A DNA stretch of 63,988 nt, the filler included, from Barthelona sp. PAP020 (lineage: Eukaryota): assembly GCA_040182905.1 (NCBI GenBank). It is 3 parts of 3 records of this genome, joined end to end, with 100 filler letters (N's around TTAATTAATTAA, not from the genome) between each part and the next. Parts side by side here need not be neighbours in the genome. Positions count along the whole stretch, not along the records: positions 1 to 24,091 come from JARQWU010000161.1; 2 more parts are not named here. The stretch is one strand, 5' to 3'. The translations under genes and the position numbers were made by a program. The notes beneath the pieces are model-generated. The model had not been told where the DNA came from and did no database searches. It saw nothing but the letters and a program-made list of their open reading frames with translations. Shown piece after piece: positions 1 to 10,844 of this stretch (the first letter of the stretch is position 1; every line of letters begins with the position of its first letter).

Positions 1-2
1 AT

Positions 3-449
3 ATTGCCAAGATGCTTCTAGATTGTCCCGAAATAAACTTATATGGTGAAGATATGCTGTTATTTTTCAACATATTGTATACAAGTGATGAACAATGGAA
101 AAAGAACAAATTCAGTATTTTGAGCTGTCCCAATTTAAAACAACAATTGAAGAGTGGTGAGCCTATTGATTTGAAATTTGAGCATTTGTCCAAATCCGAG
201 TTAATTGAATTGGTGAAGGATAAAGGGTATCTTCTATCAACACTTGTTGAAATGAAGGTAGACAGTGTCATTATCCGAGAATTTGTCAAGGCTGGAGTCT
301 ACATGAATCAAAGAGATTTTGACAAGTCAATCGACTATTGTTGGGATTTGGTCGACATTAATGAAAGGAATGGTGGTAATATGCGTCAGTATTTTGATAA
401 AGAGATAGAAGATGATGACAGTGATGACAATGATGTCAATGATGAATAG
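3..449 (+). CDS. 3' part of a protein, possibly ankyrin-repeat-like, with acidic tail (5'-truncated by window)
   Basis: Frame is open from position 3 (IAKMLLDCPEINL...FVKAGVYMNQRD) to TAG; the ankyrin resemblance is weak. Confidence 0.45.
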   Translation: MAKMLLDCPEINLYGEDMLLFFNILYTSDEQWKKNKFSILSCPNLKQQLKSGEPIDLKFEHLSKSELIELVKDKGYLLSTLVEMKVDSVIIREFVKAGVYMNQRDFDKSIDYCWDLVDINERNGGNMRQYFDKEIEDDDSDDNDVNDE

Positions 450-541
450 AAAGGTCTTTTGTGTGGTTACATGTTTATTCCATTCATGTTTTGTGGATAA
501 TTTTTCTTCACATATAAATCATAGTTTATTCTTTTTTTGAT

Positions 542-1198
542 ATAACCTCTGAGAAAAGTTGTTACTGACTGAGTGATTTGAAGAGGACTTGGAATGTTTC
601 ATTTGAGCAACTTTAACTTCACATCCAACTTCCTCTTTCATTCACTATAAAACTCAGATTCTGTGTCTAAAAAACAAAAAATTCCTTGTTGGACAATTCT
701 TTTTAAAAGCAAAAGAGCAATTGCTGTGTTGTATTGTGTTGTAACTGTTAAAGAGTTCATGAAATTTTCGTTGTGCCATTCAATAACAAAGGTGATGTGC
801 TACAAATCTTTTTTAGAGTGATCAAAACCAATATTTCTATGTTAACCTCTTAAATTTTTAATTTTCAAAAAAGAAAGGCAGAACTTTAAAATTTTGCTTT
901 TGTTAAATGCAAAGAACAAAATGAATTTTCTCTGATTACTTTTTCTTTGTAAATAAATATTGTTGTTTCACAACTTGACCAATAAATAACAATCCATTTA
1001 TAATAATGTGGAAGTTCATGCTTAATGAACGGAATTTATTGGAGATATAAAGAGGTCATCAAATATCACTTCCATTATTTGTTGTTTCTTGACCATCTTT
1101 AGGTCCAATTTTTTAAGTTACTTGGGCATTTGAATCCACGTGAGTTTTCCCAAACCTAAGGCTAACTCGTTTGGTTGTTCACTGAACAACTCATACCT
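542..1198 (-). pseudogene. possible highly degraded retrotransposon pol fragments
   Basis: Stop-interrupted frames KKQQIMEVIFDDLFISPINSVH* (RT N-terminus-like) and NTAIALLLLKRIVQQGIFCFLDTESEFYSE* (integrase-core-like) in an unusually long spacer. Confidence 0.25.
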
Positions 1199-1494
1199 CA
1201 TAAATACCTAATAATTTTATATATTTATTAGTAATTGAATATATTTCTTTCAAATTTTTTTAGAGAGGAAAAAATTACAAGACTCTTCTTTGAAGGCATG
1301 AACAAAATTTTGGAAAAATTTTCAATCCCAGATCAATAACCTGGTGCAGATCAAAATTTCAATGTTCTTACGGAGGCATTTCAATTTTGTAGGTCATTCC
1401 ATTTTAACAATTTTTTTTTTTTTCATGATATTATTCAACAAATTTCGTGCCAAATTTTACGTTTAAGAGGTTTTTGTTTATTACAATGTGATAA

Positions 1495-2958
<1,464 letters not shown>

Positions 2959-3302
2959 GCTTTGTAATCTATAATATATATTTCATGCATAAATCTTGTT
3001 TAACTTTATTGTTCTTTGTGTCTTATTTGTTGCATCTTCGGCTCTGTGATGGGTTCAATGGCGAAAAGCAACCCGAATTTGATGCTTGGAGCCAAAAAGA
3101 GGAGAAAAAAGAGAAAACTTCACATCAAAAAATTTTTATTTTTTGTGTCTGCTGTTGTTCAATCGACGCAAACAGACAGAGGATGCGGCGAACAAGCGAA
3201 ACGAAGAGAAAGAAAAAAAAAAAATACAATAGTTCTCAAATTTTCAAACAGAAATTCAAATTTCTTAAGTCGTTTTTTTGTATTTAGACTAAACATTCAA
3301 AA

Positions 3303-4664
3303 ATGAGAGAAGTCATTTCTATTCATATTGGTCAAGCTGGTATTCAAACCGGTAACGCTTGTTGGGAATTGTTCTGCCTTGAACATGGTATTGAACCCAA
3401 TGGTCAAATGCCCTCCGATAAGACCTTCGGTGGTGGTGATGATGCTTTCAACACCTTTTTCTCTGAAACTGGTGCCGGAAAGCACGTCCCCCGTGCCGTC
3501 ATGGTTGATCTTGAACCCACCGTTATTGATGAAGTCCGTGTTGGTACTTATCGTTCTTTGTTCCATCCTGAAAACTTGGTTTCTGGTAAGGAAGATGCCG
3601 CTAACAACTACGCTCGTGGTCACTACACCATTGGTAAGGAAATTGTCGACCTTTGTCTCGATCGTATCCGTAAGTTAGCCGACATGTGTACTGGTCTTCA
3701 AGGTTTCCTCGTCTTCAACTCTGTTGGTGGTGGTACTGGTTCCGGTCTTGGTGCTTTGCTCTTAGAACGTCTTTCTGTTGACTACGGAAAGAAGTCTAAG
3801 CTCTCCTTCACTGTTTATCCTTCTCCTCAAATCTCTACTGCTGTTGTTGAACCCTACAACTCCGTCCTTTCTACCCATGCTCTTCTTGAACATACTGACG
3901 TTGCTGTTATGTTAGACAACGAAGCCATCTATGACATCTGCCGTCGTTCTCTTGATATTGAACGCCCCACCTACACCAATCTTAACCGTCTTATTGCTCA
4001 AGTCATTTCTTCTTTGACTGCTTCTCTCCGTTTCGATGGTGCCTTAAATGTCGATATCACTGAATTCCAAACCAACTTGGTTCCCTATCCTCGTATTCAC
4101 TTCATGGTTTCTTCTTATGCTCCCATTGTCTCCCCTGAAAAGGCTTATCATGAAAAGCTCTCTGTTGCCGAAATCACTAACTCCGTTTTTGAACCCGCCA
4201 ACATGATGGCCAAGTGTGATCCTCGTCACGGTAAGTACATGGCTTGCTGTCTTATGTATCGTGGTGATGTTGTCCCCAAGGATGTCAACATCTCTGTTGC
4301 TACCATTAAGACCAAGAGAACCATTCAATTCGTCGACTGGTGCCCTACTGGTTTCAAGTGTGGTATTAACTATCAACCTCCCACTATCGTTCCTGGTGGA
4401 GATCTTGCCAAGGTTCAACGTGCCGTTTGTATGATTTCCAACTCCACTGCTATTGCCGAAGTCTTCTCCAGAATCGACCACAAGTTCGATCTTATGTATG
4501 CCAAGCGTGCTTTCGTTCATCACTACGTTGGTGAAGGTATGGAAGAAGGTGAATTCTCCGAAGCTCGTGAAGATCTTGCTGCCCTTGAAAAGGATTATGA
4601 AGAAGTTGGTATTGATTCTTCTGATGCTGGTGCTGAAAATGAAGATGATTATGCTGATTACTAA
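3303..4664 (+). CDS. TUBA: alpha-tubulin
   Basis: MREVISIH start, GGGTGSG motif, K40 present (PSDKT), acidic tail ending in Tyr. Confidence 0.99.
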   Translation: MREVISIHIGQAGIQTGNACWELFCLEHGIEPNGQMPSDKTFGGGDDAFNTFFSETGAGKHVPRAVMVDLEPTVIDEVRVGTYRSLFHPENLVSGKEDAANNYARGHYTIGKEIVDLCLDRIRKLADMCTGLQGFLVFNSVGGGTGSGLGALLLERLSVDYGKKSKLSFTVYPSPQISTAVVEPYNSVLSTHALLEHTDVAVMLDNEAIYDICRRSLDIERPTYTNLNRLIAQVISSLTASLRFDGALNVDITEFQTNLVPYPRIHFMVSSYAPIVSPEKAYHEKLSVAEITNSVFEPANMMAKCDPRHGKYMACCLMYRGDVVPKDVNISVATIKTKRTIQFVDWCPTGFKCGINYQPPTIVPGGDLAKVQRAVCMISNSTAIAEVFSRIDHKFDLMYAKRAFVHHYVGEGMEEGEFSEAREDLAALEKDYEEVGIDSSDAGAENEDDYADY

Positions 4665-4751
4665 GCTGTAATGAATAAATATTCTTTTCAACCCTCTTTT
4701 TTTTAAAGTCGTTTTTGATTTTCGTGTGAGGAAAATTATCATTTTTTTTTT

Positions 4752-5708
4752 ATGGAAGACAAGTTTGAAGATGATGAATTGACCCAAAGTCTTTCTGAAA
4801 AAGAAGAAGAAGAGAGTAGAACAGATATATTTAGAAGAAATATTATTGTTAGTTGCACTGAATCAAAGAATACAAGAAATGAAAAATGTGTTGAAAATGA
4901 AACAGTTGAATTTATTCATCCACCGACCTATTTAATGAATAAAACTGCAAGTATTGATGAAATGATTGATTATAGAAAGAAGATAAATAAATATTCAACC
5001 GGAAATTTGGAAATTGATATGATTTTGAATGGAGGCATTGAAGCAGGAATAATAACTGAATGCTTTGGCAAAAGTGGTGTAGGAAAGACTCAATTATGTC
5101 ACACTTTAGCTGTCACATGCCAATTAGGGTTTGTCCCAAATTTGAATTGGAAGTATTCCAGACCTGGTAAATGTTTATATTTTGACACAGAAGGAACATT
5201 TCGTCCTAACATTTGTGAACAAATAGCCCAACGTTTTAATATTGATTCTACAATGGTTACAGACAATATTGTTTTTGCACGGGTATATAATTCCGATGCA
5301 CAACAAACCTTGTTGGATGAATCACAAAGATTGTTGGAAAATGGAGATTTTTCGCTGATAATAGTTGATTCAGTTTCATCTTTATTCAGGACAGATTATT
5401 CTGGAAATGCGGTAATTGAAAGGCAAATGTTATTAGCAAGGTATTTAAAAACTTTGGAGAGATTAGCAACAGAATATGATGTTGCTGTGTTTATTACGAA
5501 TCAAGTTGTTGCAAATATCTCAAAAAACCTTTTGGTTGATTCAAAAAGGGACAATTATAAAGCGGTTGGTGGAAATATCATGGAACACATTTCAAATGTT
5601 CGTTTGAAAATGGAGAAAATTAATGGCAACAGAAGGTTGTCCATTTGTAGTGCATCTCATCTCGCCAAAGAAAGCTGCAATTATTTTATAGATAAAGGAA
5701 TATGTTAA
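4752..5708 (+). CDS. divergent Rad51-family recombinase
   Basis: Walker A GKSGVGKTQLCHTLAVTCQL, YFDTEGTFRP, Walker B LIIVDS, RTDYSG, ITNQVVA, GGNIMEH. Confidence 0.85.
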   Translation: MEDKFEDDELTQSLSEKEEEESRTDIFRRNIIVSCTESKNTRNEKCVENETVEFIHPPTYLMNKTASIDEMIDYRKKINKYSTGNLEIDMILNGGIEAGIITECFGKSGVGKTQLCHTLAVTCQLGFVPNLNWKYSRPGKCLYFDTEGTFRPNICEQIAQRFNIDSTMVTDNIVFARVYNSDAQQTLLDESQRLLENGDFSLIIVDSVSSLFRTDYSGNAVIERQMLLARYLKTLERLATEYDVAVFITNQVVANISKNLLVDSKRDNYKAVGGNIMEHISNVRLKMEKINGNRRLSICSASHLAKESCNYFIDKGIC

Positions 5709-5793
5709 CATTTTTTTTGTCAAATAAAACATTTTGAATGGTTGTGTAAGGTGTTTGAAAAATCCAAAGGAATTTTTTTTCAACTCACATCGA

Positions 5794-6648
5794 ATGAGTA
5801 GAAGCAAAGATAGACGAGATATATACTACCGAAAAGCAAAGGAATGTGGGTACAGAGCGCGTTCTGCTTTTAAGCTGTTGCAGATTGATGAAGAATATGG
5901 AATATTGGCTAATGTAAGACGAGCTGTCGATTTATGTGCTGCACCTGGATCATGGACGCAAGTTCTAAGTGAAAAGATCCCCCAACATCCAGATCGAAGA
6001 ATAGTATCCGTTGACTTGAATGAAATGGCACCAATACCCGGTGTTATTCAACTTCAGGGGGATATCACATCAGAAAAAACCGCTAACCGTGTTATAGAGT
6101 GTTTAGATGGACATGCAGATATTGTTGTATGTGATGGAGCTCCTGATGTAACCGGTTTGCATGATTTGGATGAATTTCTTCAGGCGCAATTAGTCTTTGC
6201 TGCGTTTCACATTGCTACCAGAATAATTACTGCTGGTGGAACATTTTTATCGAAAGTGTTTCGTGGCAGAGATATTGATACTTTGATATACAGATTAAGT
6301 CCTTTCTTTAATCATATAGCAATAGTTAAACCAAGAAGTTCAAGAAGTGCCTCTCTGGAGGCTTTTCTATTGTGTACAGGATACACAATTGAGAAGGCTG
6401 GATTCGACCCATCCAAAGTTTTTGATTTAAATGGTCACATAAAAGAACAACCAGAAACACAACAAGGTAGAATTTTAGCACCGTTTGTTGCTTGCGGCGA
6501 TTTGAGTGGTTTTGAGGAGGTGTTTGATTCTGACAGGAATTATGAAATCGACAACGATAAACCAGTACTAAAGGCACCACAACCACCTGTCAACCCTATC
6601 ATTCAGCAGGCAAAGGATTTTTTGAAGAATAGCATAAATCAACATTGA
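5794..6648 (+). CDS. TRM7: tRNA (C32/G34) 2'-O-methyltransferase Trm7/FTSJ1
   Basis: SKDRRDIYYRKAKE, YRARSAFKL, DLCAAPGSW, CDGAPDVTGLHD, KPRSSR; start MSRSKD at 5794. Confidence 0.93.
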   Translation: MSRSKDRRDIYYRKAKECGYRARSAFKLLQIDEEYGILANVRRAVDLCAAPGSWTQVLSEKIPQHPDRRIVSVDLNEMAPIPGVIQLQGDITSEKTANRVIECLDGHADIVVCDGAPDVTGLHDLDEFLQAQLVFAAFHIATRIITAGGTFLSKVFRGRDIDTLIYRLSPFFNHIAIVKPRSSRSASLEAFLLCTGYTIEKAGFDPSKVFDLNGHIKEQPETQQGRILAPFVACGDLSGFEEVFDSDRNYEIDNDKPVLKAPQPPVNPIIQQAKDFLKNSINQH

Positions 6649-6689
6649 AGTTTTTTTTTTTTAATTTTAAATTATAATCAGATATATGA

Positions 6690-9173
6690 ATGTCTGAAAC
6701 TAATGTATTTGTTGCATGTAGGTTTCGTCCTTTGTTAACATATGATGAATTTACAAAGAATGGACAGAATTTTAATGAGAATGCACCAAATAGTTTGAAA
6801 ATACAAATTTCTGATTCGAATTCTAATTTAAAATTAATTCAAGAAGATAATTTAGTCTTTGAGTGTAGATTGAATCATGTTTTTGATGTTGACACAACTC
6901 AAGACGAAATTTTTCAGCGATTGGGTAAGCCATTAATCCACGGAATTACTAAGGGGCTAAACAGTACAATATTTGCATACGGTCAATCAGGATCTGGAAA
7001 ATCTTACAGCGTTTTTGGGGAAGAAGGAGATTATAGAGGATTAACACCAAGATGTTGTGAAGCTTTATTTGCTTATATTGAAGAAGAGAAATTAAAAAAT
7101 AGGGATGTTGATTTTAAAATTCTTTTGTCTTGTGTCGAAATTTATTGTGAGGATTTGTTTGATCTTTTAAATGCTAGTTCAAATTCTAAAGGCAAGCGAA
7201 AGAAATTAAAGATAAGAGAACATCCAGAAAGAGGTGTATACATTGAAGGTTTGAGATATGTTGAGGTTAACAATCATTTGGATATTGTGAGACAAATAGA
7301 ATTGGCATCGAAGACACGAATGGTTGCTGGAACACATTTAAACCCTACGTCTTCAAGATCACACTGTTTGTTTACTCTACATATAACTAGGGGTTTATCC
7401 AGTGGGTCTAGCCTTCATGCTAAGTTTAATTTAGCAGATTTGGGTGGATCTGAGAACATTAAAAAGACTGGTGTTACTGGTCAGACTTTAAAAGAAGCAA
7501 AGAAAATTAATTTGTCGTTAAGTACTTTAAGACATGTTATTCATCTGTTATCTGAAGAAAAAAACACATATATTCCGTTTCGAGATAGTAAATTGACGTT
7601 TATTTTGAGAGAAAGTTTTGGTGGTAATTGTAGGTCTGTTTTATTAGCTACCTGTTCTCCACATTCTGTTCATTTGCATGAAACTATATCTACTTTACGG
7701 TTTGCTGAACAAACTGCTTGTATTTCAAATGTTGTCAGGGTCAATGCTCAATTGTCCTATGAAGAATTGACAAGACTTGTTAAAGAGCTTAAAGAAGAGA
7801 ATATGAGCATACAACGACAATTAGATATGGTTCGTAAGAGGGAAGTGCGTAATTCTATTATGACGACCATAATGGACCCAGAACGTGTAATGATTTCCAA
7901 CAAACAAGAGTCAACAGGATGGGAGCAATTTTTGATTGCTTATTCCGAGTTGAGACAAAGATTGGCAAATGAAGAACAACAAAGGATTCACTTATTGAAA
8001 CAATGGCCTGTCACAGATGCTGTAAGATCAATGATGGAAGAAGATGATATGACATTGGATAGTAGATTTCATGAGTTACACAATTCTCTCAATGCTTCCA
8101 ATGATGTCAGTGACTTGGGTCTACCTGATTTACCAATTTTGCCTTTAAGTAACAGTGGTTTCACATCTTTGGATGCTATGAACACTATTGAACGATTAGA
8201 AGAGTACATATTTGAACTGCGAATGATGATGATCGATATGAGAAAGGAACAGATTCAAAGAGATAGTGACTTGATATCTTGGAGTGTAGTGTTGAATAGT
8301 TTATTGAAAGAAGAAGATGTTTTTATCAAAGTTCCTGCATTTTCTTCTGGTTCTGGTTCCGGTTTTCCTCCAGAACAATTTGGTGTTAATTTTGATAGCA
8401 CTCCTGTGGGGTTTAACAGAAAATTAGATCAAGATATCATGTATTTCAGTAGCCCTATTGATGAGAACATCAGTTTTGTTCATAATCAGAGAAATGATTT
8501 GACTGACTCAGATTCATCGTCTTCAGATGAAGATACATCAGAGAAAACAGCAGAAAATGTTGCAAAGAATGTTTTAAAGGAAGCAGAAGAATCTTATAGA
8601 GTGAATAAGTATTTTGAACAATTTCAAGATTTATCTTCAGATACCAGTTCAAATTACTCATTCGACAGTGATACAGATAATATTTCACCAATTTCAAATG
8701 GTGTAGAGCATTCAGAAATATTAATTGACAACTTTGAAGAATCATCTTCGGCAGACCCCAAAATTATCTTTCAACAAACTTTTGACCATGTTCAAAAGGC
8801 CATGACAAAATTAACAAATTTTTTTTACCAAGACTTTGTAAATGAAGAAATTCCTCAACCTACTTCTTTTCCCAGTCATATTCAAATTGTTCAACCTAAT
8901 TTAGATGAATTTTCTTCAATTTTTGAGAAGTTGAGTTCTGATTCTGATACCGAATATTTGGCTGATTTTTATTCTGATTTAGATTCTGGTTCTGATTCTA
9001 ATTCACTTTCAAAGAATAATGAAAACTTGAATTCGGAGAAGAAAAATGAGCAAAATTTTGAAAAAAGTGTTCAAGAAAACGAAAAGGATGAACTATTGAC
9101 TGTTGATATAGATTTGAATGATATTGATGTCACTCAGTTGGATTTCGCCGCTTTGTCTTCTGATTCCGATTGA
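6690..9173 (+). CDS. kinesin motor protein with coiled-coil and acidic Ser-rich tail
   Basis: GQSGSGKS P-loop, SSRSH switch I, DLGGSE switch II, IPFRDSKLT. Confidence 0.93.
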   Translation: MSETNVFVACRFRPLLTYDEFTKNGQNFNENAPNSLKIQISDSNSNLKLIQEDNLVFECRLNHVFDVDTTQDEIFQRLGKPLIHGITKGLNSTIFAYGQSGSGKSYSVFGEEGDYRGLTPRCCEALFAYIEEEKLKNRDVDFKILLSCVEIYCEDLFDLLNASSNSKGKRKKLKIREHPERGVYIEGLRYVEVNNHLDIVRQIELASKTRMVAGTHLNPTSSRSHCLFTLHITRGLSSGSSLHAKFNLADLGGSENIKKTGVTGQTLKEAKKINLSLSTLRHVIHLLSEEKNTYIPFRDSKLTFILRESFGGNCRSVLLATCSPHSVHLHETISTLRFAEQTACISNVVRVNAQLSYEELTRLVKELKEENMSIQRQLDMVRKREVRNSIMTTIMDPERVMISNKQESTGWEQFLIAYSELRQRLANEEQQRIHLLKQWPVTDAVRSMMEEDDMTLDSRFHELHNSLNASNDVSDLGLPDLPILPLSNSGFTSLDAMNTIERLEEYIFELRMMMIDMRKEQIQRDSDLISWSVVLNSLLKEEDVFIKVPAFSSGSGSGFPPEQFGVNFDSTPVGFNRKLDQDIMYFSSPIDENISFVHNQRNDLTDSDSSSSDEDTSEKTAENVAKNVLKEAEESYRVNKYFEQFQDLSSDTSSNYSFDSDTDNISPISNGVEHSEILIDNFEESSSADPKIIFQQTFDHVQKAMTKLTNFFYQDFVNEEIPQPTSFPSHIQIVQPNLDEFSSIFEKLSSDSDTEYLADFYSDLDSGSDSNSLSKNNENLNSEKKNEQNFEKSVQENEKDELLTVDIDLNDIDVTQLDFAALSSDSD

Positions 9174-9405
9174 TTATTATGTTGAAATTAATTAGATTTA
9201 TTTTGTATTTTTTGTTTTTCTTCTGTTGTAAATATATGTGATTAATTTTTTGTTTTTATGTTTTATTTAGGGTTTAAAATTAGTCCACTGCCATTTGATA
9301 ATCTTAAATTTAAAAAAAATTTCATGCAGAAATATACAGAGATTTGAAGAATTCTTGTTACATTTTTTAATAATTCTTTTTAACAATCATTTAGAACGAT
9401 TCTAA

Positions 9406-9927
9406 ATGAATTCTAATGCTTTAATATATCAATATTATCCATATATTGGTGCAAAAACTCGAAGAGATTTAAAAAAGAATTCCATTGTCAATTCGACAGT
9501 TAGTGGAGTTCAAACAACTTTTCAAAAAATTAGTCCAAAGAAACAACTTAAATTAAAATCACATTTAAAAGTCAAACAAGAATCACAAAACTTATTTATT
9601 GATGGAAATAAAGAAATTAATAATATTCTATCGCAATTATCCATTCTTAAAACAGAAGATGACATTAAAATAGATGATAAGTTGAAAATATTTGATCATA
9701 CTTTTGTCACAAGTAGTCCACTCACAACACCTGCTGTTAAGGCTGGATTCAGAAAGCAAAAAAGAAGAATTGCTTCATGTCCACCAAGAACAGAGACAAA
9801 GATAAAATTTAAGAAACGTGAATTTCAACAGTTTGATAGTTCAAAGTCAAACAAAAAAGTTGATTCTATTTCTGAATATTTGATTGTTTCATCTCCTGTT
9901 CAACTAGATTTGCCACATTCTGAATAA
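9406..9927 (+). CDS. hypothetical basic protein
   Basis: 173-codon ATG-initiated ORF between genes. Confidence 0.55.
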   Translation: MNSNALIYQYYPYIGAKTRRDLKKNSIVNSTVSGVQTTFQKISPKKQLKLKSHLKVKQESQNLFIDGNKEINNILSQLSILKTEDDIKIDDKLKIFDHTFVTSSPLTTPAVKAGFRKQKRRIASCPPRTETKIKFKKREFQQFDSSKSNKKVDSISEYLIVSSPVQLDLPHSE

Positions 9928-10211
9928 TTTTAGCCGATTTTTGTAAATTTTTGTAAATTTTCTCTCTTTTGTTTGTCGTTTATTAACTGAATAGTTTTAT
10001 TGAGATTTTACTTATTATTCAAATGTTGCATCATTTTGTATGTTTGTATTAAGTCAATTTCAAAATATTTTTTCAGTTTATTTTTTGGGAGCAGTTTATT
10101 TGAAATTTTTGGTTTATTTAGTGCAAATCTTAAGTAAAATAGAGATGTACAATTCACTTTTCCTGTGATAAAAAATATTTTAACCTCAAGGATACAATAT
10201 AATATTTTTAC

Positions 10212-10661
10212 ATGAGTCTTCCAGGGTTCGTTAAATTTGAACAATTGGAAAAAAATTGCGGCATTGTGAATACTGCTACAAATGGGATGTCCAAAGATAA
10301 TGAGCTTAAACATGGTGTTGCCAAAATATTTCGACAAATTTCCCCCTTTGCCACCCAATTTTTTATGATCTTTATGATTGGCAGAAATTTAAAGTCAATT
10401 AATATGGTTTTGATATTGTTTAATATGCTTTTTAAGCAATTGGAAAGTGTTTCCTCTTTGTTTCAAAATAATTTTAATGTCGATATAAATGAATATCGTT
10501 ACACAGAAAACAGACAAATTATAAAATTGACCACATTTTTGGCGAAAATTGGAATTAGTTGTTTAATTTGTTTCATTGTTTACAAAACTTTCAGTCCTTT
10601 GATGATTAATGATTCATCATTAGTTCATATACCTTATATAGTGAAAAGTAAACATTTATAA
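10212..10661 (+). CDS. small membrane protein, possibly ER membrane complex subunit 4 (EMC4)-like
   Basis: FFMIFMIGRNL segment followed by a C-terminal hydrophobic helix resembles the EMC4 layout; weak. Confidence 0.4.
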   Translation: MSLPGFVKFEQLEKNCGIVNTATNGMSKDNELKHGVAKIFRQISPFATQFFMIFMIGRNLKSINMVLILFNMLFKQLESVSSLFQNNFNVDINEYRYTENRQIIKLTTFLAKIGISCLICFIVYKTFSPLMINDSSLVHIPYIVKSKHL

Positions 10662-10844
10662 TAAATTTTTCAATTTTTTTGGTTTATATTCTTTCTGATT
10701 ATTATCATCAATATATTTATTGAATAAACATATAATACTTATTATTTTCCTTTTTGAAATTTTATTTTTTTCAATCAAAAAAATTGTTCCGAAAGAATTT
10801 TTTTATTCATTTTCACATTTTTAAATTGCTTTTAAACCAATATA

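Noticed and set aside
7436..7453. Kinesin switch II DLGGSE instead of DLAGSE
   Set aside because: Single conservative change with the other motor motifs intact; insufficient to claim altered function
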